Shown here: piece by piece, positions 47,245 through 57,998 of the stretch
How the letters are laid out: each line of letters starts with the position of its first letter
Numbering within the stretch: position 1 is the stretch's first letter
Assembly: GCA_038321965.1 (NCBI GenBank)
Contig: JBBQFL010000016.1
Span: 12,832 to 76,831, forward strand
Source of the DNA: Burkholderiales bacterium
Lineage (GTDB): Bacteria; Pseudomonadota; Gammaproteobacteria; Burkholderiales; Usitatibacteraceae
DNA: 64,000 nucleotides
Reading direction: 5' to 3'
Notes under the pieces: generated by a model
Database searches by the model: none
What the model saw: only the letters and a program-made list of their open reading frames with translations
Told to the model about the DNA's origin: nothing
Translations under genes and position numbers: made by a program

Positions 47245-48666
47245 CTATTCCCCAGCTATCGACATGCGCTCGATCAGGATGCTTCCTACACGTTTAGAGC
47301 CCAATGCCAGCTCATCATTGCCGATAGCGATGATGTCCTTGAACATCTGCTTCATGTTTCCCGCGATGGTGATTTCTTCAACTGGATATGCAATCTCACC
47401 ATATTCCACCCAGAAGCCCGCAGCGCCGCGTGAATAGTCGCCCGTCACGTTGTTGACACCTTGCCCCATCAATTCAGTCACCACCAGTCCGCGATTCATT
47501 TTTTTCAGCAGCCCTGCAAAATTGAGCTTGCCCGGTGTCACCATCAGATTGTGATTGCCGCCCGCATTGCCAGTACTTTGCAACCCCAGTTTACGCGCGG
47601 AGTAGCTGCCGAGAAAATAGCCCTGAACCACGCCATCCTTCACCACATCGCGCGCGACCGTCGTCACGCCTTCGCCGTCGAACGGGCCGCTCGCCAATCC
47701 ACCGCGAATGGCTGGGTCCTCACGAATCGAAACAATGGGCGAAAACACGGTTTCGCCGATGCTGTCCTGCAAGAAGCTCGCTTTGCGGTAGAGTGCGCTC
47801 CCGCTTACGCCGCCCACAAAGCTGCCAATCAACCCCGAAGCTACCGGTGCTTCGAATAAGATCGGCACTTCGCAACTCGCGATCTTTCTCGAATCAAGCC
47901 TTGCAACCGTGCGCTCACCGGCACGCCGACCGATGTCCTCAGGCGACTCCAGCCCCGTCTCATCACGTGATACCGCATACCAGTAATCGCGCTGCATGCC
48001 TTGCTTGCTGGTTGCAATCATGGTGCAGCTGGCACTATGACGCGTGGTCGGATACCCCCCCAGAAACCCGGCGGAATTGGCATAGATGAAATCGGATTCG
48101 TAGGTTGAAACAGCGGCACCTTCAGAATTGTTGATCCGCTTGTCGACGGCAAAAGCGGCGGCTTCCATCCGCTTAGCTAAAACGATCGCTTCATCGACGC
48201 CAAGCTTCCACGGGTGGTACAAGTCAAAATCGGCATACGGCGGACGGGCCAGGCGACTCGAATCGGCCAATCCGGCGAATTCATCAGCAGCGGTGTACTT
48301 GGCGATCGCCAGCGCCGCCTTGACGGTGCGTTCAATCGCTTCGCGCGACAAATCCGTGGTCGACGCATTGCCGCGATGCTGGCCCAGATAAACGGTGATA
48401 CCCAGTCCCTTGTCGCGGTTGTGTTCGATGGTCTCAACTTCCCCCATTCGGACGGTCACATCCTGTCCAAGGGAGGTAGAAATTTCTACTTCAGCCGCGG
48501 TCGCGCCAAGTGCTTTGGCGCGTTCGAGTGAAAACTGGGCAAGATCGGCAAGGCTGCCGGGTGCAAAAGGAGCTATGGAAGACACGTTAATTTGATTTTC
48601 AGGGAGTGGATTGGAGAGCGGTGCCGCAATCGGGCGGGAGGGAAGGCAGGAGCGGTGCGGTATCAT
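47245..48666 (-). CDS. pmbA: Metalloprotease PmbA (TldE)
   Basis: Aligns by eye along the full length to E. coli PmbA (…GLGITVY…SYSARKLGLQSTGNAGG…TELMGQGVNNVTGDYSRGAAGFWVEYGEIAYPVEEITIAGN…). The start is approximate. Confidence 0.8.
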   Translation of the reverse strand: MIPHRSCLPSRPIAAPLSNPLPENQINVSSIAPFAPGSLADLAQFSLERAKALGATAAEVEISTSLGQDVTVRMGEVETIEHNRDKGLGITVYLGQHRGNASTTDLSREAIERTVKAALAIAKYTAADEFAGLADSSRLARPPYADFDLYHPWKLGVDEAIVLAKRMEAAAFAVDKRINNSEGAAVSTYESDFIYANSAGFLGGYPTTRHSASCTMIATSKQGMQRDYWYAVSRDETGLESPEDIGRRAGERTVARLDSRKIASCEVPILFEAPVASGLIGSFVGGVSGSALYRKASFLQDSIGETVFSPIVSIREDPAIRGGLASGPFDGEGVTTVARDVVKDGVVQGYFLGSYSARKLGLQSTGNAGGNHNLMVTPGKLNFAGLLKKMNRGLVVTELMGQGVNNVTGDYSRGAAGFWVEYGEIAYPVEEITIAGNMKQMFKDIIAIGNDELALGSKRVGSILIERMSIAGE

Positions 48667-48728
48667 CACGGCTTGTTGAGCAACTATTACTTGAATACGC
48701 AAAGAACGCGCCGGAAAAAAAGAACACC

Positions 48729-49256
48729 ATGACAGATACAGCAGACACAGAAGATGAAAATTTTATCAGCAAAAGCCAGAAAAAGCGGGACATGCTGGCA
48801 TTGCAGGACATCGGCGAAGAGCTGGTGGGCCTGTCTTCGGAAACCATCAACAAGCTGACTCTGCCCGATGATTTGCGTACTGCCATCGTTGACGCCAAGC
48901 GCATCCCCAAGAGTAAATATGGTGGCATGAAACGGCAAATGCAATACATCGGACGGCTGATGCGTGAAGTCGACGCGGCGCCAATCGTGGAGCAGCTCAA
49001 TTCGCTAAAGGCACCGAACAAAAAGGAAACCGCCTTGCACCATCTGGCGGAACGTTGGCGTGAGCGTCTGTTGAGCGACGAAACCGCACTTGGCGCCTTC
49101 GCCAATGAATTTCCAGAGGCAGATCGCGCCATGCTGGACAAATACATTCACGGCGCCAAGGACGACAAGGCAAAAAATCGGCCCCCAAAGAACTATCGGC
49201 TGTTGTATTCGCAAATTCACACCCTCGTTGTGGCGCAATCGCGCATCGCGGAATAG
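48729..49256 (+). CDS. yjgA: Ribosome-associated protein YjgA/DarP (DUF615)
   Basis: ISKSQKKRDMLALQDIGEELVGLS... matches the YjgA family. It is divergent from pmbA, as in E. coli. Confidence 0.7.
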   Translation: MTDTADTEDENFISKSQKKRDMLALQDIGEELVGLSSETINKLTLPDDLRTAIVDAKRIPKSKYGGMKRQMQYIGRLMREVDAAPIVEQLNSLKAPNKKETALHHLAERWRERLLSDETALGAFANEFPEADRAMLDKYIHGAKDDKAKNRPPKNYRLLYSQIHTLVVAQSRIAE

Positions 49257-49270
49257 TCTGGTCGCCGTCA

Positions 49271-49873
49271 ATGAGTTTTGATGGGGCTAAAATCGGTCTG
49301 CTTTCAATCTCCGACCGGGCATCTCAAGGTGTCTATCGTGACGAAGGTCTGCCGGCTCTTGAGAGTTGGCTAATATCGGTGCTGAAAAATCCCATCACCT
49401 TTGTCTCGACCGTAATCCCCGACGAGCAGGCACAGATTGAAGCGAGTCTCACGAGACTGGTGGACACTGAGGGATGCTGCCTGATATTGACTACTGGCGG
49501 CACCGGTCCCGCGCTGCGCGATGTGACACCGGAGGCAACGCTGGCCGTAGCAGACCGGGTGATGGATGGTTTTGGTGAGCGCATGCGGCAGATATCGCTA
49601 CGGTTTGTGCCCACAGCGATACTTTCACGACAGGTCGCCGTGCTGCGCAAACAATCGCTCATCATCAACCTGCCCGGGCAGCCAAAGGCGATCAAAGAGA
49701 CGCTGGAGGGATTGAAGGATGCTGCTGGAAAGCCGATTGAAATCGGTATATTCGCCGCAGTGCCTTACTGCATCGATCTGATCGGCGGGCCTTATCTCGA
49801 AACGAATGACGACGTGATCACGGCATTCCGCCCCAAGAGTGCCATCCGAAAGACGGCTCCGGATAACGTCTGA
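49271..49873 (+). CDS. mogA: Molybdopterin adenylyltransferase MogA
   Basis: IGLLSISDRAS...CLILTTGGTGPALRDVTPEAT is the MogA/MoaB fold motif. Confidence 0.75.
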   Translation: MSFDGAKIGLLSISDRASQGVYRDEGLPALESWLISVLKNPITFVSTVIPDEQAQIEASLTRLVDTEGCCLILTTGGTGPALRDVTPEATLAVADRVMDGFGERMRQISLRFVPTAILSRQVAVLRKQSLIINLPGQPKAIKETLEGLKDAAGKPIEIGIFAAVPYCIDLIGGPYLETNDDVITAFRPKSAIRKTAPDNV

Positions 49874-49924
49874 AAGTGGTCTGTCCACCACACCCAACCC
49901 ATCACATACGCCTACTTCACAAAT

Positions 49925-50602
49925 ATGATCGAACATATCGAACTCAACACCGGTGCTGAACCCAAGGGCACCGTTATTTGGATGCACGGGCTCGGCGCCG
50001 ACTGCTGGGACTTTGTACCGGTCGTCAAGGAGCTCGGCCTGCATGCCAGCTTGCCGCTGCGGTTCATCTTTCCGCAAGCGCCGATGCGGCCGATCACGAT
50101 CAATAATTGCCAAGTGATGCCTGGCTGGTACGATATTTCGATGGCGGAATTGCAACGCAAGCCCGATGAAGCCGGCATACGGCAGTCACAGGCGTTTATC
50201 GATGAACTTATCGCGCGCGAAATCGGTCGCGGAATCCCTGCCGACAAGATCATTCTCGCCGGGTTTTCACAGGGTGGCGCCATCGCCCTGCAGGTCGGAC
50301 TGCGTCATCGCGAGGCCTTGGGCGGCATCATGGCGCTGTCTACTTACCTGACGCTTGACGACTCGCTCGCGGCAGAGGCAAGCATCGCAAACGCCAACAT
50401 TCCGATCCTGATGGCGCACGGTACGCAGGATCCGATTGTCCCGCTCGCGCTGGCAGTGTCTTCTCGCACCAAGTTGGAAACGCGTGGCTACAAGATCGAA
50501 TGGCGCGAATTTCCAATGCCGCATTCGGTGTGCATGGAAGAAATTGAAGAAATCGGTGGGTGGATTCAGGCGCGATTCAAGTCACGGATATTGCTGGCTT
50601 AG
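49925..50602 (+). CDS. Carboxylesterase/phospholipase-type alpha/beta hydrolase
   Basis: VIWMHGLGAD...GFSQGGAIAL (GxSxG) and a C-terminal His. Confidence 0.7.
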   Translation: MIEHIELNTGAEPKGTVIWMHGLGADCWDFVPVVKELGLHASLPLRFIFPQAPMRPITINNCQVMPGWYDISMAELQRKPDEAGIRQSQAFIDELIAREIGRGIPADKIILAGFSQGGAIALQVGLRHREALGGIMALSTYLTLDDSLAAEASIANANIPILMAHGTQDPIVPLALAVSSRTKLETRGYKIEWREFPMPHSVCMEEIEEIGGWIQARFKSRILLA

Positions 50603-50614
50603 CAACCGTCTAGG

Positions 50615-51430
50615 ATGAAAACGCCGTCTGCGCAATCTTCCCCGACATGCCGGTGCGGTTACAATCGGTCCATGTTTACACAATCCCAGCCAACCGTACT
50701 CATCCGTTGCACGACGCTACTGGCAAGCTTCGTGGTGCTGACAATTCAATGTGTCGGCGCAATTGCGCAACAAGCCGAGTCCGGCAACGAAAAGCCCGCC
50801 AATAAACTCACGCTCGGCGCCTATCATTTTGCCAACACCGGCAACGCGAGCGATATCAACCTGCGCCATACGAACGAATTCGGCGATTTCTGGCTCGGTT
50901 ACTACCAGTCAGCAAAGCGCGATGAGCATCAGGGCCGTTTCGGTTGGAACAACACATTCGATGGCGGTAACTTACGCATTACGCCTTCGGCGCAGATTGC
51001 TTCCGCAGGATACTTTAACTGGAGTGTCAACGTGGAGACCGGCGAGAACTGGTTCGTGGGCGCGGGATTGGGGCGTACCAACCTCAAACCTAACTGGAAC
51101 CTCAATTTCGACCCCAACGACTCGTGGACTGTCAGCGCGGGCTGGCGCGCCGACGGCAAGTCGTTTGCGCTGCTGTGGGTGCGAGATGATCGCGAAAACC
51201 CCGACCAGCGCCACATGCACGCGGTTTATCGCACACCACTTCCAGACGGTCAGCGCATCACGATCGATCTGCTGCACAAACGCGGTTTGGTCGACGGCGA
51301 ATCGATACGCAAGACCGGCGCCTCGCTCACGTATGACTGGCCGCGCTATTTCGTCCGGCTCGCATTCGATCCCAAAGTAAACTTCACCAATGAAGATATG
51401 TGGCGGTTTTCGGTGGGAACGCGATTCTGA
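50615..51430 (+). CDS. Hypothetical secreted/outer-membrane protein
   Basis: A signal-like segment after an alternative start MFTQSQ (50672). Aromatic-rich, beta-strand-like composition that ends in F. Confidence 0.35.
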   Translation: MKTPSAQSSPTCRCGYNRSMFTQSQPTVLIRCTTLLASFVVLTIQCVGAIAQQAESGNEKPANKLTLGAYHFANTGNASDINLRHTNEFGDFWLGYYQSAKRDEHQGRFGWNNTFDGGNLRITPSAQIASAGYFNWSVNVETGENWFVGAGLGRTNLKPNWNLNFDPNDSWTVSAGWRADGKSFALLWVRDDRENPDQRHMHAVYRTPLPDGQRITIDLLHKRGLVDGESIRKTGASLTYDWPRYFVRLAFDPKVNFTNEDMWRFSVGTRF

Positions 51431-51473
51431 TTGCCGCCTGAATCTGTTCGTCAAATCGTTGATGCCACCAGCA

Positions 51474-51944
51474 CTAGGTTTCCCGTTGAATCCTTGACAG
51501 TGAGGCTTTCAAGTTTTCCGCCAGCGCCTGCGGCTTAAAGGTTACTCGATCCACGTAGACATGCACAAAGTGCCCCTGCGCCAACGCCGGTTCGCCGTTT
51601 TCACCATTTTCGCGAAACAGCGCAACCTCATAGCGCACACTCGAACGTCCAATCTTTGTCACGCGCAATCCGGCGTCGATCTTTTCGGGGAATGCAACCG
51701 AGGCGAAATAGCTGCAGCCGGTTTCCACCACCAGTCCGATCACCGGACTATTCACGATATCCAGCACACCTTGGGAGATAAGGTACTCATTCACGACCGT
51801 GTCGAAGTACGAATAGTAAATAACGTTGTTGACGTGGCCATACACGTCGTTGTCCATCCAGCGGGTGGCAATCGGAAGAAAGTGCCGATAACCGCTGCGC
51901 GTCTGCGGCTGCGGTTTCGCGGCCGACGCTGTGCCGTCACTCAT
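51474..51944 (-). CDS. Hot-dog fold acyl-CoA thioesterase (YbgC/4HBT family)
   Basis: IATRWMDNDVYGHVNNVIYYSYFDTVVNEYL is characteristic of the family. Confidence 0.7.
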   Translation of the reverse strand: MSDGTASAAKPQPQTRSGYRHFLPIATRWMDNDVYGHVNNVIYYSYFDTVVNEYLISQGVLDIVNSPVIGLVVETGCSYFASVAFPEKIDAGLRVTKIGRSSVRYEVALFRENGENGEPALAQGHFVHVYVDRVTFKPQALAENLKASLSRIQRET

Positions 51945-53191
51945 GTCTTGATCGCCTCCATCGTATGAGTTCTTCCAGGGTCAAACGCGTACATCGGGAT
52001 GACCGTCGGTAACGGGCAAGCGCCTGGGTCAAAGAAAATGGCAATTTCTTCGCGACGCTTCAATGTGTCCTCGTACCCCATCGCAATGAGCGCTTTGCAA
52101 TACCGGTGATCGAAAAGCATATAACTAGCCAACGCCGCACCACCGCGACGCATCGCGCCGATGGATCGCATCAACAGCCGTGTTGTCCACGGCAAGTCAC
52201 CGACATGTTTGAAGGCCAATGTTTCCAGCGGCTCATTTGGACAGGCAACGCAGACATCAACATGGTGCAGATTCATACCCGATTTCTTCAACCTTTCCGG
52301 GTCGACCACGGTCAACGTCGAATTCACCCGCTGCAGCAACTCGATATCGACCGCCAGTGTGTCGAGAAAAATTGATGACATCGCGTGGCCCGCTATCTGC
52401 GCGAGCGAGGGGTAGAGTTCCCCTCTTATGCGTTCCGGCAACTCTTTAACCAGTTTTGCTGTACCCACCACAAAAACGCGCGTGGCCCCAAGGTGCAAGG
52501 CGGGGCTTACCGGCGCCATTTGGCGAATGGAGCCATCACCAAAGAATTCGCGATTGATTTTTGTCGCCGGAAAGGCGAACGGTATAGCCGAGGATGCCAT
52601 CAGGTGTTCCACCCGCAACTGGCTCACGCGAATCCCGACACGTTGCGAGCGCCGCCATCCCTGTACGTCAGGCGCCGCTTGAAAAAACGCGCAGCTCTGT
52701 CCCGAGGTATAGCCCGACGCAGTTACAGAGACGGCGCGTAACACACCCGAATCGATGTGTTTAGCGATTCGCGAAAGCGGCACGTGACGTTCGATCAATT
52801 CAAGCAGCGGCGAATTGTCGAACAGGGATACCTTATGATTTTTTGTGACCGCCCCGAACAGAAACGCGGCGAGCCATTTGCCGCTGTTGCGCGCGACACC
52901 AGGAAAATCGGTGCGATATACCTTGTCCGGCGAAAAGCTCTCCCACACGTCGAGCAAGGTGCGCACACCAAGCGCAAAGTTATCCGCATTGACTGCCAGT
53001 ACTGCGGCATTGATGGCGCCAGCCGACGTGCCCGTGATAATAGGGAACGGATTTTCCTCAGGATGGCCGAGAATTTCCGAGACGGCCTTGAGCACACCCG
53101 CCTGATACGCCGCCCGTGCGCCACCGCCTTGCAGCACCAAGGCGATGCCGGGGTGTCTCGCATTCCTGGCTGTTTGTTCAGCAACGGCCAC
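51941..53191 (-). CDS. Patatin-like phospholipase
   Basis: LVLQGGGARAAYQAGV oxyanion hole and GTSAGA serine motif. Confidence 0.8.
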   Translation of the reverse strand: MAVAEQTARNARHPGIALVLQGGGARAAYQAGVLKAVSEILGHPEENPFPIITGTSAGAINAAVLAVNADNFALGVRTLLDVWESFSPDKVYRTDFPGVARNSGKWLAAFLFGAVTKNHKVSLFDNSPLLELIERHVPLSRIAKHIDSGVLRAVSVTASGYTSGQSCAFFQAAPDVQGWRRSQRVGIRVSQLRVEHLMASSAIPFAFPATKINREFFGDGSIRQMAPVSPALHLGATRVFVVGTAKLVKELPERIRGELYPSLAQIAGHAMSSIFLDTLAVDIELLQRVNSTLTVVDPERLKKSGMNLHHVDVCVACPNEPLETLAFKHVGDLPWTTRLLMRSIGAMRRGGAALASYMLFDHRYCKALIAMGYEDTLKRREEIAIFFDPGACPLPTVIPMYAFDPGRTHTMEAIKT

Positions 53192-53310
53192 GTTGTCGTT
53201 CCCTTCAAATACTTACCCACCTGACTGATCCGGCGCGGCAAATGTGCAATCCGCTCCAGGCAGTTGGAATCCGCTAAGACGCCAGTTCGCAAGACACAGG
53301 ATATTGCTTA

Positions 53311-54570
53311 CTACTGAGGTAGCGTACGCGTTCTGCCGAGCAGGTTGTAAACCTGCATCTGCCCTTTGCCCTTGACATGGATTTGGTGCATTTCGTCAAA
53401 CGCGTAGCGGTTATGCAGTCGCCGAAAGGTGACGGCGTCAACCTGCGTGAATCCCGGCTGCGCTTCGGAAGACATGCGCGCAGCGATGTTGACTGTATCA
53501 CCCCACAAGTCATAGCTAAACTTGCGCCTGCCGATCACGCCGGCCACCACGGCACCTGTCGCGACACCGATTCTAAGATTCATTTTCTCGCCGTTTGGCG
53601 CCGTATAGCGCGAGACAAAGGCGTGCATTTCCAATGCCATGTCGGCCATTGCATCAACATACTGTGAGCTGGCAGCGCGCAAGCCGCCTGCCGCCATGTA
53701 GGCGTCACCGATCGTCTTAATTTTTTCGATGCCGTGCCTTTCTGCCAGTACATCAAATTCCGAAAAAATATCGTTCAACAAGTGCACGGTTTCATTCGGC
53801 GACATTTCTTCCGACATGTGGGTGAAATTAACAATGTCGGCGAACATAACGGTCACATCAGCATGGCCGTCGGCAATATTGGTCTCCTGACGCTTCAACC
53901 GAATTGCAATCGGTTCCGGCAGGATATTGAGTAGCAGTCGATCGGAAAGATCTTTTTCCAGCGCGACTGCCTGACTCTGTGCCTCCACCGCCTGACGCAG
54001 CCTGCTTTTCTCGCGTGAAAAATACCACAGCAGTACATACACCATGGCAGAGATGGACACGAAATTCAGCGCAAAAAACACTGCGACCGTGCGCATGTCA
54101 AGCTGCTTGGAATCCCACTGCAACACATAGTCGAACATGCCGGACATCGCCGTCATGAATATGTAGGCTACAAACCATGGCACCGATTCGCGGGTGCCCA
54201 GAATGACGATCGCGCTGACGGGCGCGAGCAATGCCCACAGCGAGACGCCGCTCGAATTGACAAAATTGCCCATCGACCACTGAAGTACAAACGGCGTAAA
54301 CAGGTACAACGATAACTGCATCATGCAAAACATCGGCAGCTTGCGCGTCTTGAGGAAAAAGACAATCGTGCAAAGCGATGACAGCAGGAAGATCAACGGT
54401 ATAAGCGTCGAGAAACGCTGGCCGAAACTCCAGTAGATCGCCAGCCATAACATGGACGCGACCATCATCAGAGCCGTGGAGAACACCAGCATGTCGCCAG
54501 CCAAGCGTTCTTCCGCGCTCAGCCCGCGCTCAAGTGCAGAATCGAAATCGAAAAATTTCTTGGCTGTCAT
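53311..54570 (-). CDS. Membrane-anchored class III adenylate/guanylate cyclase
   Basis: Six TM helices, then CHD (VTVMFADIVNFTHMSE...IKTIGDAYMAAGGL...). Confidence 0.7.
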   Translation of the reverse strand: MTAKKFFDFDSALERGLSAEERLAGDMLVFSTALMMVASMLWLAIYWSFGQRFSTLIPLIFLLSSLCTIVFFLKTRKLPMFCMMQLSLYLFTPFVLQWSMGNFVNSSGVSLWALLAPVSAIVILGTRESVPWFVAYIFMTAMSGMFDYVLQWDSKQLDMRTVAVFFALNFVSISAMVYVLLWYFSREKSRLRQAVEAQSQAVALEKDLSDRLLLNILPEPIAIRLKRQETNIADGHADVTVMFADIVNFTHMSEEMSPNETVHLLNDIFSEFDVLAERHGIEKIKTIGDAYMAAGGLRAASSQYVDAMADMALEMHAFVSRYTAPNGEKMNLRIGVATGAVVAGVIGRRKFSYDLWGDTVNIAARMSSEAQPGFTQVDAVTFRRLHNRYAFDEMHQIHVKGKGQMQVYNLLGRTRTLPQ

Positions 54571-54790
54571 GCAGGTCCGCGGCCTTGTTGGTTTTATACG
54601 ACGGTGGCCAGAAATGAAAAAACACACTCCCTGGATGGCAAATCGCGTGACAAAATTTGCGTGTTCAATTATGACACAACCCTTTTGGCGCTAACTTGCC
54701 CTCTCTTGCCGCGGCTCAATTCTGCTGGCGGCTCGACGGAGTGGATGCGTTAAAATTACCGTTGCCCGCAAAAAATTTATGGAGAAAAAC

Positions 54791-55723
54791 ATGTCGATGT
54801 CCGACCGCGATGGCCTGATCTGGTACGACGGCAAGCTCGTGCAGTGGCGCGATGCCACCACCCACGTACTGACACATTCACTCCACTACGGTCTGGCGGT
54901 ATTCGAAGGCGTACGGGCCTACAAGACGGAGGCCGCGAATCTGGGTACGGCGATTTTCAGATTGAAGGAGCACACCACTCGCCTGTTCAATTCGGCCAAG
55001 ATCTACCAGATGGCGATACCGTACAGTCCTGAAGAAATCATGGAAGCCCAGCGCGAAGTGGTACGCGTGAACAACCTAGAGAGCTGCTATCTGCGTCCAC
55101 TGGCTTTTTACGGATCGGAAAAAATGGGCGTCTCGCCCAAGGGTGCAAAGGTCCACATCACCATCGCAGCCTGGCCTTGGGGCGCATATCTTGGCGAGGA
55201 CGGACTGAAGAAAGGCATACGCGTAAAAACCTCATCGTTCGCGCGTCATCATGTCAATGTGACCATGGCACGCGCCAAGGTTTCCTCGACGTATGCCAAC
55301 TCCATCCTCGCCAATAACGAAGCCACCGACCACGGCTATGACGAAGCATTGTTGCTCGACACCGAAGGCTACGTGGCCGAAGGCGCCGGGGAAAATCTGT
55401 TCATCATCCGCGACGGCAAAATTAGCACGCCGGAACTTACATCGGCGCTCGACGGTATTACCTGGCGCTCGATTCAAATCGTTTGTGCGGATTTGGGTAT
55501 CCCGGTGGAGCCGCGCAAAATCACGCGCGACGACGTTTACATCGCCGACGAAGCATTTTTTACCGGCACTGCTGCCGAAGTGACGCCAATTCGCGAACTC
55601 GACGGGCGCATCATTGGCGCGGGTGCGTGCGGCCCGATCACCGAAAAAATCCAGACGGCCTTTTTCGACATCGTCAACGGTCGCAACCCGAAGTATCACT
55701 CATGGCTCACGCCTGTAAAGTAA
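54791..55723 (+). CDS. ilvE: Branched-chain amino acid aminotransferase
   Basis: LIWYDGKLVQWRDATTHVLTHSLHYGLAVFEGVRAY aligns with the IlvE N-terminus. A GGAG RBS lies 6 nt upstream of ATG 54791. Confidence 0.85.
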   Translation: MSMSDRDGLIWYDGKLVQWRDATTHVLTHSLHYGLAVFEGVRAYKTEAANLGTAIFRLKEHTTRLFNSAKIYQMAIPYSPEEIMEAQREVVRVNNLESCYLRPLAFYGSEKMGVSPKGAKVHITIAAWPWGAYLGEDGLKKGIRVKTSSFARHHVNVTMARAKVSSTYANSILANNEATDHGYDEALLLDTEGYVAEGAGENLFIIRDGKISTPELTSALDGITWRSIQIVCADLGIPVEPRKITRDDVYIADEAFFTGTAAEVTPIRELDGRIIGAGACGPITEKIQTAFFDIVNGRNPKYHSWLTPVK

Positions 55724-55737
55724 CCGGGAGATAACGC

Positions 55738-55944
55738 ATGAGCACTGAAGAGCGCACCGAACTCAAGTACACCCGCATCGAAGTCACCGCGAAGGACTTG
55801 CCGCTGCACTGCCCAATGCCGTCGATGAAGCTTTGGAACACGCACCCCCGCGTCTATATTCCAATTGAGGAAACGGGCGAAGCCAAATGCCCCTATTGCG
55901 GCACCGTCTACCAATTGACCGGACCGGTAAAGCACGGTCATTGA
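55738..55944 (+). CDS. Small zinc-ribbon protein (Cys4)
   Basis: 68 aa with C-x-C ... C-x2-C (LHCPMP...CPYCG), lying between ilvE and waaF. Confidence 0.5.
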   Translation: MSTEERTELKYTRIEVTAKDLPLHCPMPSMKLWNTHPRVYIPIEETGEAKCPYCGTVYQLTGPVKHGH

Positions 55945-55954
55945 CGCCAGAGCA

Positions 55955-56956
55955 GTGACACGTATTCTCGTCGTCGCGCCGTCTTGGATCGGCGACGCTG
56001 TACTCTCCCAACCGCTGCTGATGCGGTTGCGCGAACGTCGCGACAATCCTGCGATCACGGTATTGGCACCACCGTGGGTCAAGCCGGTTTATGAACGCAT
56101 GCGCGAAGTCGACTGCGTGATCGACAATCCTTTTGGACACGGCACACTGCAGCTGTCAGCACGGCGCACATTGGGCAAGAATTTCATCAATGATCATTTC
56201 GATCAAGCCTTCGTACTTCCCAACACCTTCAAATCCGCGCTGATGGTCTGGTTCGCGGACATTCCCATTCGTACTGGCTTTCGCGGCGAAAAGCGCGGCT
56301 GGATACTCAACGATTGCCGCGATCTGGACGAGCGCGCCCTGCCGACGATGGCTGAACGCTTTGCATCGTTGGCGCAAGCCAAAGACGAGCCACTTTTGCA
56401 GCAGGTGCCGCGGCCAGAGTTACGAGTCGATCTTGAGCATCGCGAGCGTACCCTCATTCGTTTGCGAATCGATCAACGCCAGCCGGTCGTGGCATTTTGT
56501 CCGGGAGCCGAATATGGCCCGGCCAAGCGCTGGCCCGCCAGGCATTTTGCCGAACTTGCGCGTTCGCTGTTTGCGGAAGGCAAACAGGTCTGGCTGCTTG
56601 GCGGCAAAGGAGACCGCGCCATCGCCGAGGAGATCAATCAGCGCGCCGGCGGCAATTGCCGGAACCTCTGCGGCGAGACACCGCTGGGTGATGCGATCGA
56701 ACTGTTGAGTCTGGCGACACAGGTCGTTACCAACGATTCCGGTCTCATGCACATTGCGTGTGCGGTGGGCGTGCCGGTAGTGGCGCTCTACGGCTCAAGC
56801 TCTCCCGCATTCACGCCGCCGCTTTCGCCTAAAGCCAAAATTGTTTCGCTCAAACTCGAATGCAGTCCGTGTTTTGAGCGCGTCTGCCCGTTGGGACATT
56901 TCAAGTGCATGAATGACATGACGGCTGAACAGGTAGCGCGCGAATTCGAGCACTGA
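55955..56956 (+). CDS. waaF: ADP-heptose:LPS heptosyltransferase II
   Basis: [22 protein letters not shown]... is a GT9 family protein of WaaF type. Confidence 0.8.
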   Translation: MTRILVVAPSWIGDAVLSQPLLMRLRERRDNPAITVLAPPWVKPVYERMREVDCVIDNPFGHGTLQLSARRTLGKNFINDHFDQAFVLPNTFKSALMVWFADIPIRTGFRGEKRGWILNDCRDLDERALPTMAERFASLAQAKDEPLLQQVPRPELRVDLEHRERTLIRLRIDQRQPVVAFCPGAEYGPAKRWPARHFAELARSLFAEGKQVWLLGGKGDRAIAEEINQRAGGNCRNLCGETPLGDAIELLSLATQVVTNDSGLMHIACAVGVPVVALYGSSSPAFTPPLSPKAKIVSLKLECSPCFERVCPLGHFKCMNDMTAEQVAREFEH

Positions 56957-57008
56957 TCCGGGCATAATTTAGTCTTTGGCCAAGTACCGGCCACACAGGA
57001 GTTCCTTC

Positions 57009-57938
57009 ATGAAAAAGCTATCTCTCTTTTCAACCCTGGCGTCACTACTGATTTCAGCCCCCGTATTCGCCGCGAGCACGGCCCCCGTAAAAGTACCAGA
57101 GCCCGAATATGTCGATGCCGTTCAACAATGGCGTGACGGCGTGGAGAAAAGCCTCCGTCGCGACAACGGCTGGCTCACGCTGGCGGGCCGCTTCATCATG
57201 AAGCCAGGCGTGAATACTTTCGGTACCGCATCGACCAACGACATCGTATTCCCGCCGGAACTCAAAGGCGCAGGACCGGATGTCATCGGCACCATCACCG
57301 TCGATACGCCAAAGAAAACCGTGACGCTAAAACTCAGCGACGGCGTGTCCATGACCAGCGACGGAAAACCCTTCTCCGGTGAACGCGAACTGAAATACGC
57401 GGCTGACAAGCGCGACTGGGTCTCGCTGGGCCGTATTTCAATGCATGTCATTGAGCGTGACGGCCGCTATGTGCTACGCCTCGCGGACAACGAGTCGCTG
57501 GTTCGCAAGAACTTCCCCGGTCGCGTCTGGTATAACGTCAACCCTGCATTCAAGGTCACTGCCAAATTCGTAGCGTACCCACCCGGGAAGAAGCTTTCCA
57601 TCGTCAACGTGATCGATGAAGTGTCCGAAGAGCCCTGCCCCGGCTACGTCGAATTCACATTGAAAGGCAAGAAATACAAGATGGATGTGGTCGGTGACGA
57701 CGAAGGCATGTTCTTTGTCATGCGTGACGGCACCTCTGGCGACACCACCTATCGGCCATCGCGCTTCCTGTTCGTTGACAAAAAGCCCAAACCCAACGAA
57801 ACCTTCCAGCTGGATTTCAACAAAACCTACAACCCACCGTGCGCGTTTTCCGAATTCACCACTTGCCCGTTGCCGCCTGAGCAGAATATCTTGAAAACGC
57901 GGATTGAGGCGGGCGAGAAGTATCGAAAACTTGGCTAG
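57009..57938 (+). CDS. DUF1684 domain protein, secreted
   Basis: Signal peptide and a DNGWLTLAGRF motif typical of DUF1684. Confidence 0.55.
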   Translation: MKKLSLFSTLASLLISAPVFAASTAPVKVPEPEYVDAVQQWRDGVEKSLRRDNGWLTLAGRFIMKPGVNTFGTASTNDIVFPPELKGAGPDVIGTITVDTPKKTVTLKLSDGVSMTSDGKPFSGERELKYAADKRDWVSLGRISMHVIERDGRYVLRLADNESLVRKNFPGRVWYNVNPAFKVTAKFVAYPPGKKLSIVNVIDEVSEEPCPGYVEFTLKGKKYKMDVVGDDEGMFFVMRDGTSGDTTYRPSRFLFVDKKPKPNETFQLDFNKTYNPPCAFSEFTTCPLPPEQNILKTRIEAGEKYRKLG

Positions 57939-57998
57939 AACGCCATTTGGCGGGGTATTTCGAGCATTTTGTCGCCAAACGCCGCGCCAGTGCTAGCG
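57934..57998. repeat. REP/MITE-like palindromic element, copy 3 (left arm degenerate)
   Basis: TTCGAGCATTTTGTCGCCAAACGCCGCGCCAGTGCTAGCG is near-identical to the right half of the copy at 4861-4900. It overlaps the DUF1684 stop codon. Confidence 0.45.
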
